A stretch of DNA of 64,000 bases, from the NCBI RefSeq assembly GCF_009834535.1, contig NC_045706.1:52452001-52516000 (forward strand), given 5' to 3'. The position numbers were made by a program, and so were the translations under genes. The notes under the pieces are model-generated. The model worked only from the letters and a program-made list of their open reading frames with translations, was not told the origin of the DNA and searched no databases. Shown here piece after piece: positions 1 through 12,570 of the stretch (position 1 is its first letter; every line of letters starts with the position of its first letter). This DNA is from Camelus ferus (lineage: Eukaryota).

Positions 1-30
1 TACTTATTTACTTACTTACTTATTTATTTA
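1..30. repeat. (TACT/TATT)n simple repeat
   Basis: tacttatttacttacttacttatttattta. Confidence 0.8.
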
Positions 31-419
31 TGATGGTTACTGGATATACTTTCAGTAGGTCTTCTCAATCCTGCTCAGATTTATACATCTTTTTCCTCCA
101 GAGAGTGCCAACTCAGTATTATCAGGGTTAGGAACCTCCCCCGTGGCAATTGTTGTTTTATTGGATATAGGGACAATGGCTTAAGTAGGGTTTGAGTGAG
201 CCCTTTGGCATATTTGATAAGGTACACCATCAAATATGATGGAGCATAGTATCTTTGTAAGTCAGTTTCACAGTTGTCTGAGAAAAAAATGTAAATAATC
301 CAGGAAGGATTACTATATACTGTGGTAACTTCATAGCATATAAAGCAGGTGTTTACATAATAAGAAAGGAGTAGAAAAATCCATATAACAGTCAAAGATT
401 TCAAAATATTTCTCTCAAT

Positions 420-965
420 TTGTGAGATCAAATAGACTAACAGTAAAGGTATAGAAAATCAATATAACAAGCTGATTTGAATGGACATATGAACTGTGCA
501 CAATTAGAGAATATACAGTCTTCTCAAGCATATAGGGAACATTTAAAAAATTGACCATATCATAAGCTATAAAAACAAGTTTTGAAACTAGGTATCACTC
601 ACATATTGGACCACAATATAATTTGTATTCGGAAATGAATAACAAGTTCACTAGAAAAGCCTCATAAGTTTGGATATTTCAAAAATAACAGTTATAAACT
701 TATGCCTCATAAGAATAATGAGATTAAAAATTCCTAGAGCTGGATGATAATAAAAAATGATTATGTACATATGTATACACAAACACATGGTAGCATGCAT
801 CCATTTATAATAAAAAATGTCTCATGGAATAAGAAATTGAAGGGAATTTCTTAACTAAAAAAGAATATCTCAAAAAAAAAATGGAACAAAACAACTATAA
901 CAAACTGTAATGTATTCTGCTCTTAATGGTCAACAGTTGAAGCATTTCTTTTAAAAGTCAGAAGT
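420..965 (+). mobile_element. Old L1 (L1M/L1ME) ORF2 fragments
   Basis: gaatatacagtcttctcaagcatatagggaacatt...gaccacaat resembles the endonuclease region. aagaaattgaagggaatttcttaact...cttaatggtcaacagttgaagcattt resembles the RT region. Confidence 0.7.
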
Positions 966-1089
966 TTATTCAGTAAAAAGTAAATTGTGATCTTAAACCA
1001 GAGTGTCTTTCAGAGGCAAAAACCTATTCACATATGTTTAGGGGTGAGGCAGGAAGAGTTTTTTTTTTGTTTTGATATGGCTTATTTAT

Positions 1090-2000
1090 GCTTTTTTTTT
1101 AAGGTACTTGATACACACGGACAGCCTTCCATTTATACTTCAACCAACAGAGTGTGAGAGGGTTCATTTCGCTACGTGATCATAAACACTGAGTATTACC
1201 ATTTTTTTAAATTATGAAACACCTATTTTAAAAAATACTTCTTTAATGCCTTGGGAGGCAGAATATGCTCAGTCAGTTTATTGGCTATTTTTTTTTATGT
1301 TGTAAACAGTTGCTCTTACAGTTTATCCATTGCCCTAAGGAGGTGTTAATAATTTTCATTTGGATTTTTAAGAAATACTTACTACCTCAGAGATAATAAC
1401 GTTTGCCTGTTGTAGATGATAAATCTAAGACATCTTTTTGTTTGTAATTTGGGTTTTTTCTTTTTTATGGTGTTTTACCACGTGGAGACTTTTAACTTTT
1501 TACATGGCCAGACATGCCAGTATTTTCCTATATTATTTCTGCCTTTGGCTTTATGTGTATCCCTAGAGATTGGAGAGTCTCCAGTCACTTCTTTTTGTTG
1601 CTCTTATTGTGCAGTTAACTTTTTTTACATTTGACTATCTATCTGATGAGGATTTCAAGTTTATTTTGTCCCTTTAACATTTATTAAACAGCACTTCATT
1701 TCCTCACTGATAGAAAATGTCAGCTTTATGATCGCCTTAATTCCTTTATAATAGAATCTTCTTCTTTGCTTTATATTTTGTACCATTCATCTCACTTTCA
1801 TTTTTTTTCACAAGTTCCATGTTTAACTATTGTAACATTGTTATTTATGAGGCAATGACAATTCTCATCACCCACTCTTGTTTTTCTTTTTTCCACCATT
1901 TTATTGGACACTTTGTTAAAAATTACAAACATTATGCCTGCTCTTCCTTTTCAAAATGATCCCAACTATCATTTTTTTGATTTATTAACTAAGTCGGAGT
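1090..2000 (-). mobile_element. Old L1ME ORF2 3' fragment
   Basis: atttatacttcaaccaacagagtgtgagagggttc...tttattggctatt matches the antisense L1M consensus pattern. Confidence 0.7.
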
Positions 2001-2559
2001 GCAGAGTCACTTCCTGAAGTTGAAAACTACAAACTTGACCGATCCTTTTGATACATTATTTTTAATTTCATTTGTCCCATACACTTGGAGAAAGTTAAGG
2101 TAGGATTGTAAAGTAGGAGATACATCTCCTAGTTTGGAAAGGGGAAGGTAGAAAAGAAATAGTTATACTCTGACATAACCAAAGTTTTATAAAAAATTAT
2201 CCAATGTTATTTATCTGACATTATTTCTCCAAAACATCTCATCCATTCTGGCCAGACAGATCTCTTCATCATTCCTGCTTCAGGCCATTCACATTTCAGA
2301 TTCTTGGTCTTCACTGAGAATATTCTTTGCTAGGGATACTTTTTCTCCTTTGTATTAAGATCTATTTTCTTTAAGGAATTTTTAAGGCTAAACTTCAGCT
2401 CCTCCAGCATGAAGCTTTCTTGCAGTATTCATAGCTTTTATAATCTATACTGTACACTTTAAACATTTTAGAACTTTTTCTAATTATAAAAATAATAAAG
2501 CAAACTCACAGAATGTTTGATAAAGACAGAAAACATAGTTCGTATAGCTCTAGCTTCCT

Positions 2560-2900
2560 ATTATGAGTTGTGTATTTTCCCTTACAATATTTTTAATATG
2601 AATACATAGTTGTAACCTTGGTGCACTTACAGTTTTGTAGGTTATTTTAGCAGACTTTCAAGCTTTTCTTTGTTGCTTCATTGTATTCACTATTACCGTT
2701 TTAATGGCCAGCCAATATTCTATATAGAGTCAATGTACTGCTATTTACTTAATCTTCGCTTTACTCTGTTTCTTGTAACAAAAAACTCTGCAGTAAAATC
2801 TTTGTTGTGTAGTTTTCCTCTCTTTGGGGAATGATTGCCTTAGAATAGGTATCAAGAATTGGAATTAAAGGGAGAAAAGATAAGAACATTTTTAGGGTCT
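2560..2900 (-). mobile_element. L1ME 3' end fragment
   Basis: ttttaatggccagccaatattctat...tgccttagaataggtatcaagaattggaatt. Confidence 0.55.
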
Positions 2901-3094
2901 CAGTATATATTATCTGATGACTTTTCAGCCATCAGTTTCATGTGTGAGAGTTCTGGTATCCCAGCAGCTTTGACTTCACTGGGCATAAATATTTTCCTAT
3001 TGATTGTTCATAAGGAGAGGGGAAAAAAAGGCATGTTAAAGATGTTTGTCCATAATACTCTATTGTCATGAATTAGTTAGCTTTCATGAGTTCA

Positions 3095-3235
3095 TTTTTG
3101 TCTCCTGAAAGAGATTGTGAAGTTCTCAGTGAGAGTAGAGACATTGATTTTTGTTTATTCTTTATGACCTACAGTATCCTTTAAAAGTGTAGCAGGCATA
3201 GTTGTCTTCACTGTTTGCTTCTTAATTGATTGAAA
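3095..3235 (+). mobile_element. L2 3' end
   Basis: gagattgtgaagttctcagtgagagtagagac...ttaattgattgaa. Confidence 0.6.
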
Positions 3236-3639
3236 CCTTCACAGAATTCTTTTCTGTTTCTCAAAGTCAAGGTCAATAGTGATAGGTGCAGTTGATGGTG
3301 GTGTGTCATCACCAAAGACAAAAACTTCCCCTAACCTCACCTAGAGAAATTATACTTATTCTTGGAATCATGGTTATTTGAAATTATCAGTAAACATGTA
3401 TTTTGAATTTTGTTTTAGAATTTTAGACTCATTTATTCTAGCTATTATTCAGTTAATTAGCAAGATAAGCTGTTCAGGCACCATCATTTTCAGGGTTTGC
3501 CCATAGAAAGATCAGGCAAAAACATGACTCTGGTCCCCTGAACCTGCTGCCCTGGGATTCGACAATGAACCCGGACACTGCATGAAAGTGAAAGTCTTCT
3601 GTGATAGAAATACCCTATTGCTGAGAGTTTGCACCTCCA

Positions 3640-3830
3640 CTTCTTCCCCACTTTATCCTTGGTCTAGAATGTTGCCAGGGATGTGATAGATGGTCAGGAT
3701 ATATGTATTTGTTGAATGAATTAATCTGTGCTTTGGTTGAATAAATCAATCACTCTGCAAATACCTATTGAGCTCCTGTGAGGTGCACAGCCCAGGGTAC
3801 TTGTTATTAGGAAAAAAAAATAAGGTTGAC
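3640..3830. mobile_element. Two L2 3' ends, tail-to-tail
   Basis: The + copy ends tatttgttgaatgaa. The - copy begins aatcactctgcaaatacctattgagctcc. Confidence 0.65.
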
Positions 3831-5112
3831 AGATCCTATACATAGTAGGGCATGGATCCAGTGACCTTGAGGTTCCATCCAGTGCATTTTTCTATAATTC
3901 ATGTGCATTCCTTTTGACACATGTCACATCCACAGACCAAATACAACTCCTCGAGCTGCATTTATATGATGCATGATGACCACCCCCTCAACAGACACCC
4001 ATCTCCCCAAAGGGCCTGAAAGGGAGCTGTATGATGTGGATTCTTAGTGCTGCTGACTCCTGGGCTGCGACAAGGAAGGCTCCAGATGGAGGCTTTTGTG
4101 GAGGGCTCCCTTTTATTCTTGGTTGTAAGCAGCCGGGGCAGTTATATTATAAATGAGTAATTTACAGCCTCCTCCCCCAGCCTTTCTTTGTTGGCTCTTT
4201 CATGGACTTTGTTACCAAAGGTTACCAGCATGCCTGGTGCCTTTGATTTTTGTGGACACTGTGGACCAGAGAAAAGAGTTGTAGCCTTGAGCATCTGCAC
4301 GCTGCCTTTCACACGTCCTGCAAGTGGGTACCTGCCAGCCCTCTTCCCCAGATGTCGTCCTGACCATTGATTTTTTGCTGCTCACTCTCACAGTTATTAG
4401 CCCGAGTGAGGCCAGGGCACTTAGCTCTCTGCTTTAATTATTCATCCTTATGAAGAAAAATTTCCTCCGTGTGCTTTATCCCCCTCCAGCCCCAACCTGA
4501 GCGCGTGTGGACACCTCCTTCCTTCCTTCTCTCCCTGAGCGCCTTGCATGTCGAAGGGCCTTTCACCAGGGCGTTTGTTCCGTTTATGCCTTTAATATGC
4601 ATTTTGTGTTCTGCCAGGGGGGTCAGGAGGGCACATGGAGAAGCCAGATGGCTTACCTCTTCCCTCAGGAAACGCACTGCTATTTAGCTGGGCACCTTCC
4701 CAACTCAAGGCAGGGTAAGATTCCACTGTTTGGGGGAGAGTTGGTTCAGATGCCGTTGTCCCTGAGAGTGCAGCTCCAAGCTTCTCTCAGGCTATGCTTT
4801 TTTGTACTCCACTGCCACTCTCTGGAATTTTCTGCCAGAAACAGCATTTTAGGAGATATTAGAAAAGGAGTGGGGAGGGAGGGATGGGAAAAAAGCAACC
4901 CATTTTATTTATGGCCTTTGCTCAGACATAAAATTCTGTTATTTTAATCCGACTAAAATAAGAAACCATCATCCATGGATGAAAAGACGGTGGACAAACT
5001 CAGTTAAGCCTAGAGCACCCCGAGGAGGTGTGCTTTCCCCCATTTCTGGTTTTGGACGTTCCTTCCCTGCTGCTGCTTCCCAGCTTCAACTTTTGAAAAG
5101 CCAAGCAGTTTA

Positions 5113-5548
5113 NNNNNNNNNNNNNNNNNNNNNNNNNNNNNNNNNNNNNNNNNNNNNNNNNNNNNNNNNNNNNNNNNNNNNNNNNNNNNNNNNNNNNNNN
5201 NNNNNNNNNNNNNNNNNNNNNNNNNNNNNNNNNNNNNNNNNNNNNNNNNNNNNNNNNNNNNNNNNNNNNNNNNNNNNNNNNNNNNNNNNNNNNNNNNNNN
5301 NNNNNNNNNNNNNNNNNNNNNNNNNNNNNNNNNNNNNNNNNNNNNNNNNNNNNNNNNNNNNNNNNNNNNNNNNNNNNNNNNNNNNNNNNNNNNNNNCACT
5401 CAGTCCATGTATCATANNNNNNNNNNNNNNNNNNNNNNNNNNNNNNNNNNNNNNNNNNNNNNNNNNNNNNNNNNNNNNNNNNNNNNNNNNNNNNNNNNNN
5501 NNNNNNNNNNNNNNNNNNNNNNNNNNNNNNNNNNNNNNNNNNNNNNNN
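5113..5548. other. N-masked blocks 5113-5396 and 5417-5548
   Basis: Read directly; unique, repeat-free flanks. Confidence 0.95.
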
Positions 5549-6439
5549 GAAATGTTCAGGGGGGAGAAAGCCCAGCGGAGACAAAGCGAGGATAAGGCGT
5601 CCATCGTTGGGAGGACGGGATGCGGTGCTAACACTCTGCAGCAATTCATTAACGAAAACGTAAACTCTGATATTTCTAATGTTGCTGTAAAATGGTTTAC
5701 TAGGAACAACTTTAATGGTTATTAGGGAAAACAAGTGCCCAGATCTGCCAGATTGGCCGTTTGGTACAGGCTTTTGTTTGAAAACTCTTTACCAGGTCAT
5801 ATTTGCTGAAGATTTATAATTCGTCTTTTTTTCTTAATGTGAGAAGTGGGGGAGAAACAGCATGATGGCTCTCAGCCCTTGTATTCCATAGATCTTTCTT
5901 TTTGAATGGTGTCCAAAGACTTTAAATAACCATGTGTTCTCTTTTGGAATACTTATATCTTAATTACTTTTCAAGTCGATATTTTGTAGCACTGCTGTGC
6001 GTCTGGTAGGGCCATGGAGGCTAAAAGAGAATGGCGTTGGCCGGTAGCAGTGCCATCTTGCTGGACAGAAACAGGCTGAAATCAAAGGAGAGAAATAGCT
6101 TTGTCCTGAAATAAGAAAAAAAAATACATATATATAGACAACAGTTCAGCTTTGCATTTTCTTTTTTTTCCTCCCCAAATGAAACAGACAAAGTATGCTA
6201 TCCCTGTGGAGCATGAGGTCTTGGAATAAGGCATGCACTTTATAAAAATAATTAGAAACATTTTGGACAATGGAGAGCATGGTTTTAATGTCCCTTTTGC
6301 AACCAGTTGTCTCAGGCTCTCTTCATTGTCTGAGGGTTTGTAAAAGTCCTCATATTTAATGATAGAGCTTTGAAGAAAATAGTTCAATAGATATCAAGGT
6401 GGGGCTGCAAGATACCTAGCTGTTCAGTATTCAGAGCTT

Positions 6440-6605
6440 TAAATATATATATAGCATAAATATATATTGTATATCTTGTATAGTATGCATTATATATGTT
6501 ATTTTTATATGGCATATACAATATATAATATATATTAAACATAGTAGCTTATATACTATATTAAATATATAACTATAAATATATAAATGTATATATATAT
6601 AAAAA
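6440..6605. repeat. AT-rich (TA)n low-complexity tract
   Basis: Degenerate TATA repeats. Confidence 0.85.
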
Positions 6606-6649
6606 TAGCATCTTCTTCTACATTAAAATTTTAAGGACAAGAGTTTGTA

Positions 6650-6770
6650 TTCTAATTGGGACTAAGACTCAGAAGAAATCAGCACTGTGTGACATTAAAT
6701 AAGTCAACAAAACTGATGGATTCTCTAGCCCTCCATCTTCCCATAAGCAAAATGGGGAGACAGTTTTTGT
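6650..6770 (+). mobile_element. MIR fragment
   Basis: ctgtgtgacattaaataagtca...ctccatcttcccataagcaaaatgggga. Confidence 0.55.
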
Positions 6771-7589
6771 TCTGAAGACCAAAGCATTGCTCATGTTCTC
6801 TGTGATGCTAGCCCATTGAGCCTACTACTTCTCATGCCTCACTCCCCTGTGGTCCCTGAACCCTCCTTTTATTTTTCTTTCTAGGTCTTCTTATACTCTT
6901 ACGTGATTGATTTATCTGTTTGTTCATTTTGGGCCTCTGCCATGTTACTACACAGTCCATGGTGAGGGATAGGAAGGCAGGAATGGGGGGAGACGGGAAC
7001 ATAATTTTCTTCTTTGCTCCTAGAATCCCAGGGCTCGGCCCATACTAGGTTCTAACAGGCAGCAGTTAAGTAAATTTTAGACTATTATTTCTTATTGCCT
7101 TTAAAATAACAACTACAGCCATTTTTTGGATTATCTGTGATGATTTCTAGGCACCGTGATAGTGGTTTTACAGATAATACTACACATGATCTTAGCTATA
7201 ACCCTAGTAGGTATGTATAGCAATTCCAGAATTTATATCCTGGCCTGTCCATCTCTCTGTCAGCTCTGCAGAACTCTCTGGTATTCTTGTGCCTCATGTG
7301 TTCACTGGGGACTAAAATCTCACTAAGTGACCCTCACTTTTTGTTCTTGTCCATGACCAGCCAGCTCTCCAACTGGCTGCTAATGAACAGAAGGATTAGA
7401 TTCATACTTTCTCACCTAAACCTGATGTCCTGAGAGGTATATGCAGAGCATTGAGCCACTGACTCTAAAAAAAAAAAAAAAAGTAGCCCCTGGCTGTTTG
7501 GTGATGGACAGTGTGACTGTCAGATATGTGTCTTCCATGCTCTAGGAAACACAAGGGGCCCTGGCAAATGCAGAAAGTGTATCAGATAA

Positions 7590-7980
7590 ATATATATTCA
7601 GCTGCGAGCAAATAAATTTAACAAATAATGACCTAAATGTTCGTGTTTATTTTTGTTACATAAAAATAAGTTTGGAGATAGGTAATCCAAGGCTGTTACA
7701 GTGGCTGAAAGAGCAGCCCAGTGAGCACCCAGGCTCTTTGTATCTTACTGTCCTTGGCATGAGAGTTTCACCTTCATGTTCTCAAAGTGGCTGCTTCTCT
7801 GCCTGGAGTCCTTTCAGCAATCTGGGCAGGATAAAGAAGAAAGGTCTTTTCCTGGAAGGCATTCACTTCTTATTTGTGGACAGCTTCCTCAAGGCATCTG
7901 CCTATTTCTCATTGCCCAGACCATGTCACTGGAAGGCTGGAAAATCTAGTATTTTCGTTTTTCTGCTCTTACAGTAGAGG
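7590..7980 (-). mobile_element. MLT1L-like ERVL-MaLR LTR
   Basis: tattcagctgc...ggtaatccaaggctg...cccaggctctttgtatct...caaagtggctgct. Confidence 0.65.
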
Positions 7981-8374
7981 AAGGCCAGATAAAAGGGAGT
8001 CAATCCATAGGGTCTGCTGCAGAAGATAAATCACTTTTTTTGTGTTCCTACAAAAGACTTAAAATTTTGCTAGATACCTGTGTGTACAGCAACTTACATC
8101 ATCTGTATAACCACTTTGTTATGGAAGAATATTTATTCCCATTACTCTAAGTGGTAGAGTTGATATTTGAAACCACATTTGTCTGAAGTGGAAACTAGGT
8201 TATTTTCTCTAATGCTGTGTTATTTTAGCTGCCATTTTGATTTCATAGTGAAGAACCACCAGCTGAAGGTGAAGGTGCTGTCTTGTACATTCATTTAATA
8301 CACTGGGTCTACTTCTTTGACAGTTAAGTATGTGGCATCTTCTATCCTTTTGTATTCAACCATGGAACAGTCTA

Positions 8375-8585
8375 TCATAATGGTTAAGAAGGTGGGCTCT
8401 GGCATCTGTCTAGATTCAAATCCTGGCTCCATCACTTACTACCTAAAAATAAATTGCATAACCTTTCTGCTTCAATTTCCTTATCTGTAAAATGGGAATA
8501 GTAGTAGTATCTACAGCATGAGTGTTTTGAGAGGATTACATGCTTAGAACAGGATCTGGCACTCAATCAATGCTGGTGATTACTA
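8375..8585 (+). mobile_element. MIR
   Basis: atggttaagaaggtgggctctgg...ttcaaatcctggctcc...tttccttatctgtaaaatgggaata. Confidence 0.85.
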
Positions 8586-8619
8586 TCACTCCATGTTCAT
8601 GGTCTTTCGTTTTGTCTTC

Positions 8620-8730
8620 ATCACCAGATTGAACTTTGGGAGTTTAGGACCATATTTTTTCCTCTCTTTGTATCCCCCAAATCCTTAGCAAGTTTCTAAG
8701 CACATTGGAGACACTGAATAAAAACTCATT
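8620..8730 (+). mobile_element. L2 3' end
   Basis: tttgtatcccccaaatccttagc...cactgaataaa. Confidence 0.6.
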
Positions 8731-8744
8731 CTAGAATCACACTG

Positions 8745-8930
8745 CATAAGTTCAAATCCTTATTCCATTGATTTAATATCTCTTTGCCTCAGCTTCGAAA
8801 TCCACAAATGGGGAGGTAATACTACCTACTTCACAAGGTCCTTGTGAAGACTGAATGAGATAATGCACTCACGTTTTTAGAGTAGTGTGTAATAAGTAGA
8901 AAAGGCTCAGTGTTAACTATAGTTAGTAGA
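8745..8930 (+). mobile_element. MIR
   Basis: tgcctcagcttc...aaatggggaggtaatactacctacttcacaagg...gaatgagataatg. Confidence 0.8.
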
Positions 8931-9339
8931 ATCATTCATGGATCATTGGTACTCAAAGAGTGAAATTCCATGGGATGTAATCTAGCTTGTAATGATTCCA
9001 AAGGCATTTTTTTCCTGAGGCCGTTTCAGGTACATGATTATTAGGAACTTTAATCATGGTGAAGTTTTGTGTTGAGTATATCCCATGATCCAGGGCACAT
9101 GATGGATGTTAGAGACACAAAGGTGCATGAAACACAGCAGGAAACACAGGTGCCGATGAGCATGAGCAGTGTTCACCCTTAATAATATTACAACACTTGA
9201 AAGGTAAAAACACCTGGGATGTCATTTTTCCTTTTATTAAGCTAGCTAAATGATCATGTAACCAGACTTTGTGCTACCGAGTGGATTGGAAATATGTTGA
9301 TATGTTTTGGAAAATCATTTTGATGCTATGCATTGAGAC

Positions 9340-9860
9340 TAGAATAATATTTAGATCCTTTGACCTAATAATGCTACAGTTAGGAATCTACCCAGAGGAA
9401 AGATTCTGAAATGCATAAAAAAAATCTTTCTATGTTAAAATGTTCAGGATACTAATGTTTACAACATCAAAGCAGAGAAAACAGTCCATATCCAAGCAGA
9501 TAGGAATGCTAAGTAAGTTACAATACATCCACAGAGTGCAAAGTTATGTAGCTTTCCAGTGATGTTTAAAATAACTTTAATAAGACAGGCAAATATTTAT
9601 GCAGTAAAAAAAATTACATTTGTCTCTATATATGTATGTGTATATATATGTATACAGACACACACACACATATATATATGATCTCATCCGTGTTTATAAC
9701 ATAGGGATAGAAAAAAGACTAGAAGGCAAAACATCAAAATGTTAACTGTGTTTATCTCTGGGCAGTTTTGAACTTTTTTTTTTTTTTTTGTACTTTACTT
9801 TTTAACAATGAGCATATAGGTATAATAAGAAAAAGTTTTAAAAACAAACTCCCAAACAAT
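9340..9860 (+). mobile_element. L1ME/L1MC 3' end with internal (TA)/(CA) microsatellite
   Basis: taggaatctacccagaggaaa...aagttacaatacatccacaga...aaaatgttaactgtgtttatctctggg. Confidence 0.7.
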
Positions 9861-9924
9861 ATGGTCTTTATGAAAATACTTCTAAAAGAAAGAGTAGTGA
9901 CAGTATAAAAAAAGAGTTTGCATG

Positions 9925-10340
9925 AGTTAGGAATTGTATTCAACTGCACCTAATAAACACCACAAATAGCAGAGGCTTTAATGAGATATTTTTATATAAC
10001 ATGAAACCCAGATGTAGGCCATCCATGGCTGGTATGACACCACCAGGAACCCAAACTTCTCTTGTTTTTATTCTTCCTTTAACAGACTAGCTTCCATCCT
10101 CAAGTTTGATTTATGGTCACAGTATTGTTGCCATAGCACCAGCCTTTATTTCCATGTTCCAAGTAGCAGAAAGGAAGAAAGATCAACGTCAGAACAATTA
10201 CCTTTCAATAAGACGTACCAGGAGCCCTTCACAGCATCCCCCTTTATTGTACGGCCACCATCAATGAGCACATTGCCACGCTCAACAGCATAGGGTGTCT
10301 GTGTGTGAGATGAAGAATATGGATGCTGGGTAGCTGACCC
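9925..10340 (-). mobile_element. MLT1L-like LTR
   Basis: gttaggaattgtattcaactgc...gtaggccatccatggctggtatg...ttccatgttccaagtagcagaaagg. Confidence 0.65.
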
Positions 10341-10699
10341 TGCTTTCTGATTGTAATTTCAACTCTACCAGTCATTAACAGATTGATTTAACAAAGTCTG
10401 TTGCGTCTGTGGCACCAAGGAGGCCTCAATGAACCTTTTCAATACTGCGCCACATACAACCATTAGCATCAGTTGTGCTTTGTATACAAGATGAAGTCTA
10501 TTTGCTGTTCTAAGTCTCTGGTATCCCTTGTGCTTTCATTCCCTCCCCTTTAAAATAGGAATAATGAAATTTTTATTGCCTTTTAGGATTGTTGTAAAAT
10601 AATATGGTTTTATAATTGTGGAAATCTTTTTGGAAAGGGTAACTCTGCTATGCAAATACAACTTTTATAAGACTAGTAGCTAATGGAAACTGACTCACT

Positions 10700-10840
10700 A
10701 CAGGCTGGTCACTATTGAGCTTTTTATTTGCAATATCTCATTTAATCTTAGGAATCAGATATTATGAATATCCTCATTTTTCAGGTGCAGGTACTGAGAC
10801 ACAAAGGAATTTGAACCTGGTTTGTCTGGCTCTTGAGTCG
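10700..10840 (-). mobile_element. MIR
   Basis: atctcatttaatctt...cctcatttttcaggtgcaggtactgagacaca. Confidence 0.7.
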
Positions 10841-10844
10841 ATTG

Positions 10845-10930
10845 CACTGGTTCTCTAACTTAACTGTGCTTAAGAATCACAGTATACTTGTTAAAAAAGC
10901 AGGCATCTAGGATCAGAAATCAGATTCTGC
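10845..10930. mobile_element. MER5A (hAT-Charlie) fragment
   Basis: cactggttctctaactt...aagaatcac...cttgttaaaa. Confidence 0.7.
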
Positions 10931-11544
10931 CGCAGGTGGGCAGCAAACTACACTTCATTGGTATCAGTTCTACCAACTATTAACTTTCGAGTTTCCAACA
11001 GTGTGGCTTGTTCCTCAGCACTGAGCTCCTTCTGACTCTTGAATTCTGCTGTAACCTTTCCATGATCTTCTCTGGCAGGGAGACTACATCCATTTAAGCG
11101 ATATTTTTAGCAGGATGCCAGTTGTCTGAGAGGCTTTGTAATATCATGTGGAAAACAGGGCACTTACTTCTGAGGCTATCCCTTGTATAGTATTTTGGGG
11201 GCCCTCAGAGGTAAGAAGACTTGGGTCAATAGTTTTGATTTTATTGATCAGATTTTCATTATTTTTCAAAGACAATGTCTTTGAGGTTAAGCATAAGGAC
11301 TAATGGGCCAAGGCAGGGTGAACAGTTTCCAGGAAGATCGGGAGTATGTACCACACACTTTCCTTTTGAGTTTTCTTCTTGGCCTGCAAATAACAGATGT
11401 GTAATGAGAAGTTCTGTTGTCAGTGGACAGGCTCCCCAGAACAGAAGACAAAAACTGTGCCATTGAACGTTCTCAGGACACTGGGATTTCCAGCTTGAGT
11501 ACAGGAAGAATATCAGAGCACCTGAATTTTGGAAACATTCTTGG

Positions 11545-11775
11545 TTCTTTTTAATTTTTTTTTATTATTGAAGCATAGTCAGTTTACAATGTTGTGTTAG
11601 TTTCTGCCATACACTATAGTGATTCAGTTATATAGATACGTATATACCTATTCCTTTTCATATTCCTTTTCCTTATAAACTATTATAAGATACTGAATAT
11701 AGTTCCCTGTGCTATACAGTAGGACATTGTTGTCTCTTTTATACATTGTAGTTATTAGTATCTGCAAATCTAAAC
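11545..11775 (-). mobile_element. Young cetartiodactyl-type L1 3' end, 5'-truncated
   Basis: Poly-T followed by attgaagcatagtcagtttacaatgttgtgttagtttc...atagttccctgtgctatacagtagg. Confidence 0.85.
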
Positions 11776-11989
11776 TGCTCTTTCTTGCAATGTATAAGAA
11801 CCATCAAGTCGAGTCATCTGTTGTAATATGTTTGAGCACCAAGGGATGGGATGTTGGGAGAGGGAATGAAAGCTATGGGTAAGGATTTTTATGAACTACA
11901 TTGTAAACCAATCTGGTGGGCTTCAGGAAGAACACAAACACTCCATTAAGGACTCACAGATTTGAATTAGTTTAGAACCGTTTTATAAT

Positions 11990-12125
11990 CTGTTTTTTAA
12001 AAAAAAGAACAAAAAGTAATACTAGTTATCTCATAGAGTTGTGTAGAGGATCAAGTGATGAGATAGTCCATGTAAAATGCTCATCATTGTGCCTATACAT
12101 AGGAAGCTCAGTAAAGTTAGCTATG
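11990..12125 (+). mobile_element. MIR 3' half
   Basis: atctcatagagttgtgtagaggatcaa...gtaaaatgctc...gttagctat. Confidence 0.7.
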
Positions 12126-12359
12126 ACGTTGAGGAGGAGAGAGGAGGAGGGCAAGAAATCTGTTATGATTTTCTCTAGAAAATGTCTTTAAAATGCACAT
12201 TTGTATTGAAAAGGAGAAGCTGTGTCTTTTAACTGAAATAAATCATTTTGAAAATATTATGAAATGAAACACAAAACTTTTTGAAGAAGCCCAGAGTCAC
12301 AGCAACACGTGCTCTTGGCATTCTCTGGTGCATCAGTCCTTAAAGTGATCTTTGTTATA

Positions 12360-12570
12360 ATGAAAGGAACACTGAATTTGTAGTCGAAAGAACTGAAAGC
12401 TAACAGTAGTTTCTCCCAATAATATTTGTTTCTCTTTGAATATGTTGTTTACTCTTTCTTCTTTTGTGGACTGGGGTAATAAAACCTACCTAATGGTCAT
12501 GGGGATTATACAAAATGATGTATTTTAGAGGGCTTGGTTTAGTGTCTAGTACATAGAAGGTGACTGAATA
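12360..12570 (+). mobile_element. MIR
   Basis: aaaggaacactgaatttgtagtc...ggggtaataaaacctacctaat. Confidence 0.55.

Noticed and set aside
4507-4947. 146-aa ORF and overlapping ORFs
   Set aside because: No homology that I recognise, and random-like composition.
5549-5725. Peptide EMFRGEKAQRRQSEDKASIVGRTGCG... after the mask
   Set aside because: No recognisable protein and no splice donor. The sequence looks regulatory.
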